From a virus (taxonomy: Duplodnaviria > Heunggongvirae > Uroviricota > Caudoviricetes), in the IMG/VR virus record IMGVR_UViG_3300041407_000207, positions 1-52,089 of that record: DNA of 52,089 bases. One strand, given 5' to 3'. Numbering within the stretch: position 1 is the first letter of the stretch; every line of letters starts with the position of its first letter. The notes under the pieces were generated by a model. It worked only from the letters and a program-made list of their open reading frames with translations, searched no databases and was not told the DNA's origin. Shown in pieces: positions 51,589 through 52,089 of the stretch. A program made the translations under genes and the position numbers.

Positions 51589-52089
51589 ATGCATGAAGAA
51601 CTATTTCTAAATCTGCTCAAACAATACGAGCAGGGAGGACTGAGTCTAGATCGAGTCATTACTGATCCTAGATTTAAAACTATGCCTCTCGCAGAAAAGG
51701 TCCGTCTTCTAAAAGAGCATGGTCATACTATCCACAACGGTAGTAAGATGGATAGTAAGTTTTGGAAAGATCTTGCTATGGGTGCAATGGGTACGGCTAT
51801 TATGGTTGCCGAACCTGCAATGCATGCAGTCTCTGATTTGAAAAGGGGCTACCAGTACGGTGAAGCCGTACGAGCTTCTCATGATGAAGGGAAATCCTAC
51901 GATGGAGAGATTCCGTCAATAGATTTCAAGACGTATAAGAGTATCGCTATCTCTGCTGCCGGTGCAGGTATCGCAGCACCAAAGTTCTACCAAGCCCTTC
52001 AGGCACGAAATAACATGAGAATGGTTAAACGCCTTCTACATGAACAGCCTGGATCGAACACACAAGAAGACGCAATCAACGTAATAGCC
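51589..52089 (+). CDS. hypothetical protein, partial (runs off the window end)
   Basis: ATG directly after the ligase stop (MHEELFLNLLKQYEQG...), open to the end of the window; two hydrophobic Gly/Ala segments. Confidence 0.65.
   Translation, partial: MHEELFLNLLKQYEQGGLSLDRVITDPRFKTMPLAEKVRLLKEHGHTIHNGSKMDSKFWKDLAMGAMGTAIMVAEPAMHAVSDLKRGYQYGEAVRASHDEGKSYDGEIPSIDFKTYKSIAISAAGAGIAAPKFYQALQARNNMRMVKRLLHEQPGSNTQEDAINVIA

Noticed and set aside
1-52089. Alternative genetic code (stop-codon reassignment)
   Set aside because: Conserved genes are full length under the standard code, and TAA, TAG and TGA all end well-supported ORFs
1-52089. phiKZ-like nucleus-forming phage markers (chimallin, PhuZ tubulin)
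   Set aside because: Nothing recognisable in this window, and the RNAP is much closer to cellular sequences than phiKZ-type subunits; cannot be excluded for the rest of the genome

Overview
The window is a 52 kb segment of a large tailed (myovirus-like) bacteriophage genome, not a bacterial chromosome. The plus strand carries morphogenesis genes: tail fibre, probable portal, prohead protease, scaffold-like proteins, decoration protein, major capsid protein, neck, tail sheath, tail tube and a baseplate spike/hub protein. It also carries a multisubunit RNA polymerase split into three pieces at non-canonical points (beta fused to the beta' N-terminus; a catalytic beta' piece with AGDYDGD; a beta' C-terminal piece 6 kb away), a LigD-type 3'-phosphoesterase/ADP-ribosyltransferase-like fusion and an ATP-dependent DNA ligase. 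The minus strand carries islands of mostly small genes: ThyX, MazG-like, SNF2 helicase, KilA-N, a retron-like reverse transcriptase operon and many hypotheticals. Most of these are preceded by a GGTATAA(G/C) motif, whereas plus-strand units are preceded by TAAAAT. Main leads: (1) a phage-encoded retron-like RT with an overlapping partner gene and structured non-coding flanks; (2) a shared N-x-Y-L-x-K-x-A peptide tag on seven unrelated proteins, including the DNA ligase and the phosphoesterase/ART fusion, which suggests protease-processed virion cargo; (3) a 490 bp mirror-symmetric iteron array that may be an origin; (4) two tandem candidate ncRNAs. All calls rest on motif recognition by eye; no searches or folding programs were run.
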